A DNA stretch of 32,001 bases from Candidatus Limnocylindrales bacterium (GTDB taxonomy: Bacteria > Chloroflexota > Limnocylindria > Limnocylindrales > CSP1-4). The stretch is taken from contig DAIOXD010000002.1 of NCBI GenBank assembly GCA_036758145.1, positions 1 to 32,001 on the forward strand, written 5' to 3'. The number at the start of each line of letters is the position of its first letter. Positions within the stretch are counted from its first letter, which is position 1. This document shows positions 30,772 through 32,001 of the stretch, piece after piece. A program made the translations under genes and the position numbers. The notes below the pieces were generated by a model. It saw only the letters and a list, made by a program, of their open reading frames with translations. It made no database searches and was not told the origin of the DNA.

Positions 30772-32001
<1,230 letters not shown>

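Overview
High-GC (about 70%) bacterial chromosomal window with Actinomycetota- or Chloroflexota-like codon bias. I support about 27 protein genes, packed into operons that often have overlapping stop and start codons. I saw no rRNA, tRNA, CRISPR array, intact IS element or phage genes. High GC produces many long Arg/Pro/Gly-rich antisense ORFs and false N-terminal extensions in the ORF track, and I rejected these.

The main theme is N-methyl (quaternary amine, one-carbon) catabolism.

(1) Minus-strand operon 6667->1: a non-pyrrolysine MttB-family methyltransferase, an 822-aa dimethylglycine-oxidase-like FAD+GcvT fusion, a short SoxA-like Fe-S/GcvT protein, and a SoxG-like gene that runs off the window.

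(2) Minus-strand block 26356->18646: a GT2 glycosyltransferase, a flippase-like membrane protein, an OYE/2,4-dienoyl-CoA-reductase-family flavoprotein, a second diverged MttB paralog, and a second flavoprotein of the same family.

(3) Divergent pair: an enolase-superfamily enzyme plus aldehyde dehydrogenase (minus strand), facing a family-5 (peptide/opine type) ABC importer with a fused double ATPase (plus strand).

Other genes are an ABC1/UbiB kinase, a small hypothetical protein, a sulfite-oxidase-like molybdoenzyme, a VOC protein, a LigB/YgiD-type dioxygenase, a Lon N-terminal-domain protein with an acidic insert, an IscA/HesB protein, a small membrane protein, a PAS protein and a thiolase (partial).

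The best candidate for something undescribed is the pairing of MttB-family methyltransferases with THF-binding (GcvT) and OYE-type flavoprotein demethylases, with no corrinoid protein anywhere in the 32 kb.

The non-coding oddities are:
- a roughly 770-bp GC trough (17879-18645) holding a MITE-like inverted-repeat element and a frameshifted ORF
- three TGACCC-N-GGGTCA-type palindromes in one intergenic region
- two perfect palindromes in catabolic leader regions

All functional calls come from motif recognition by eye. No database search was run.
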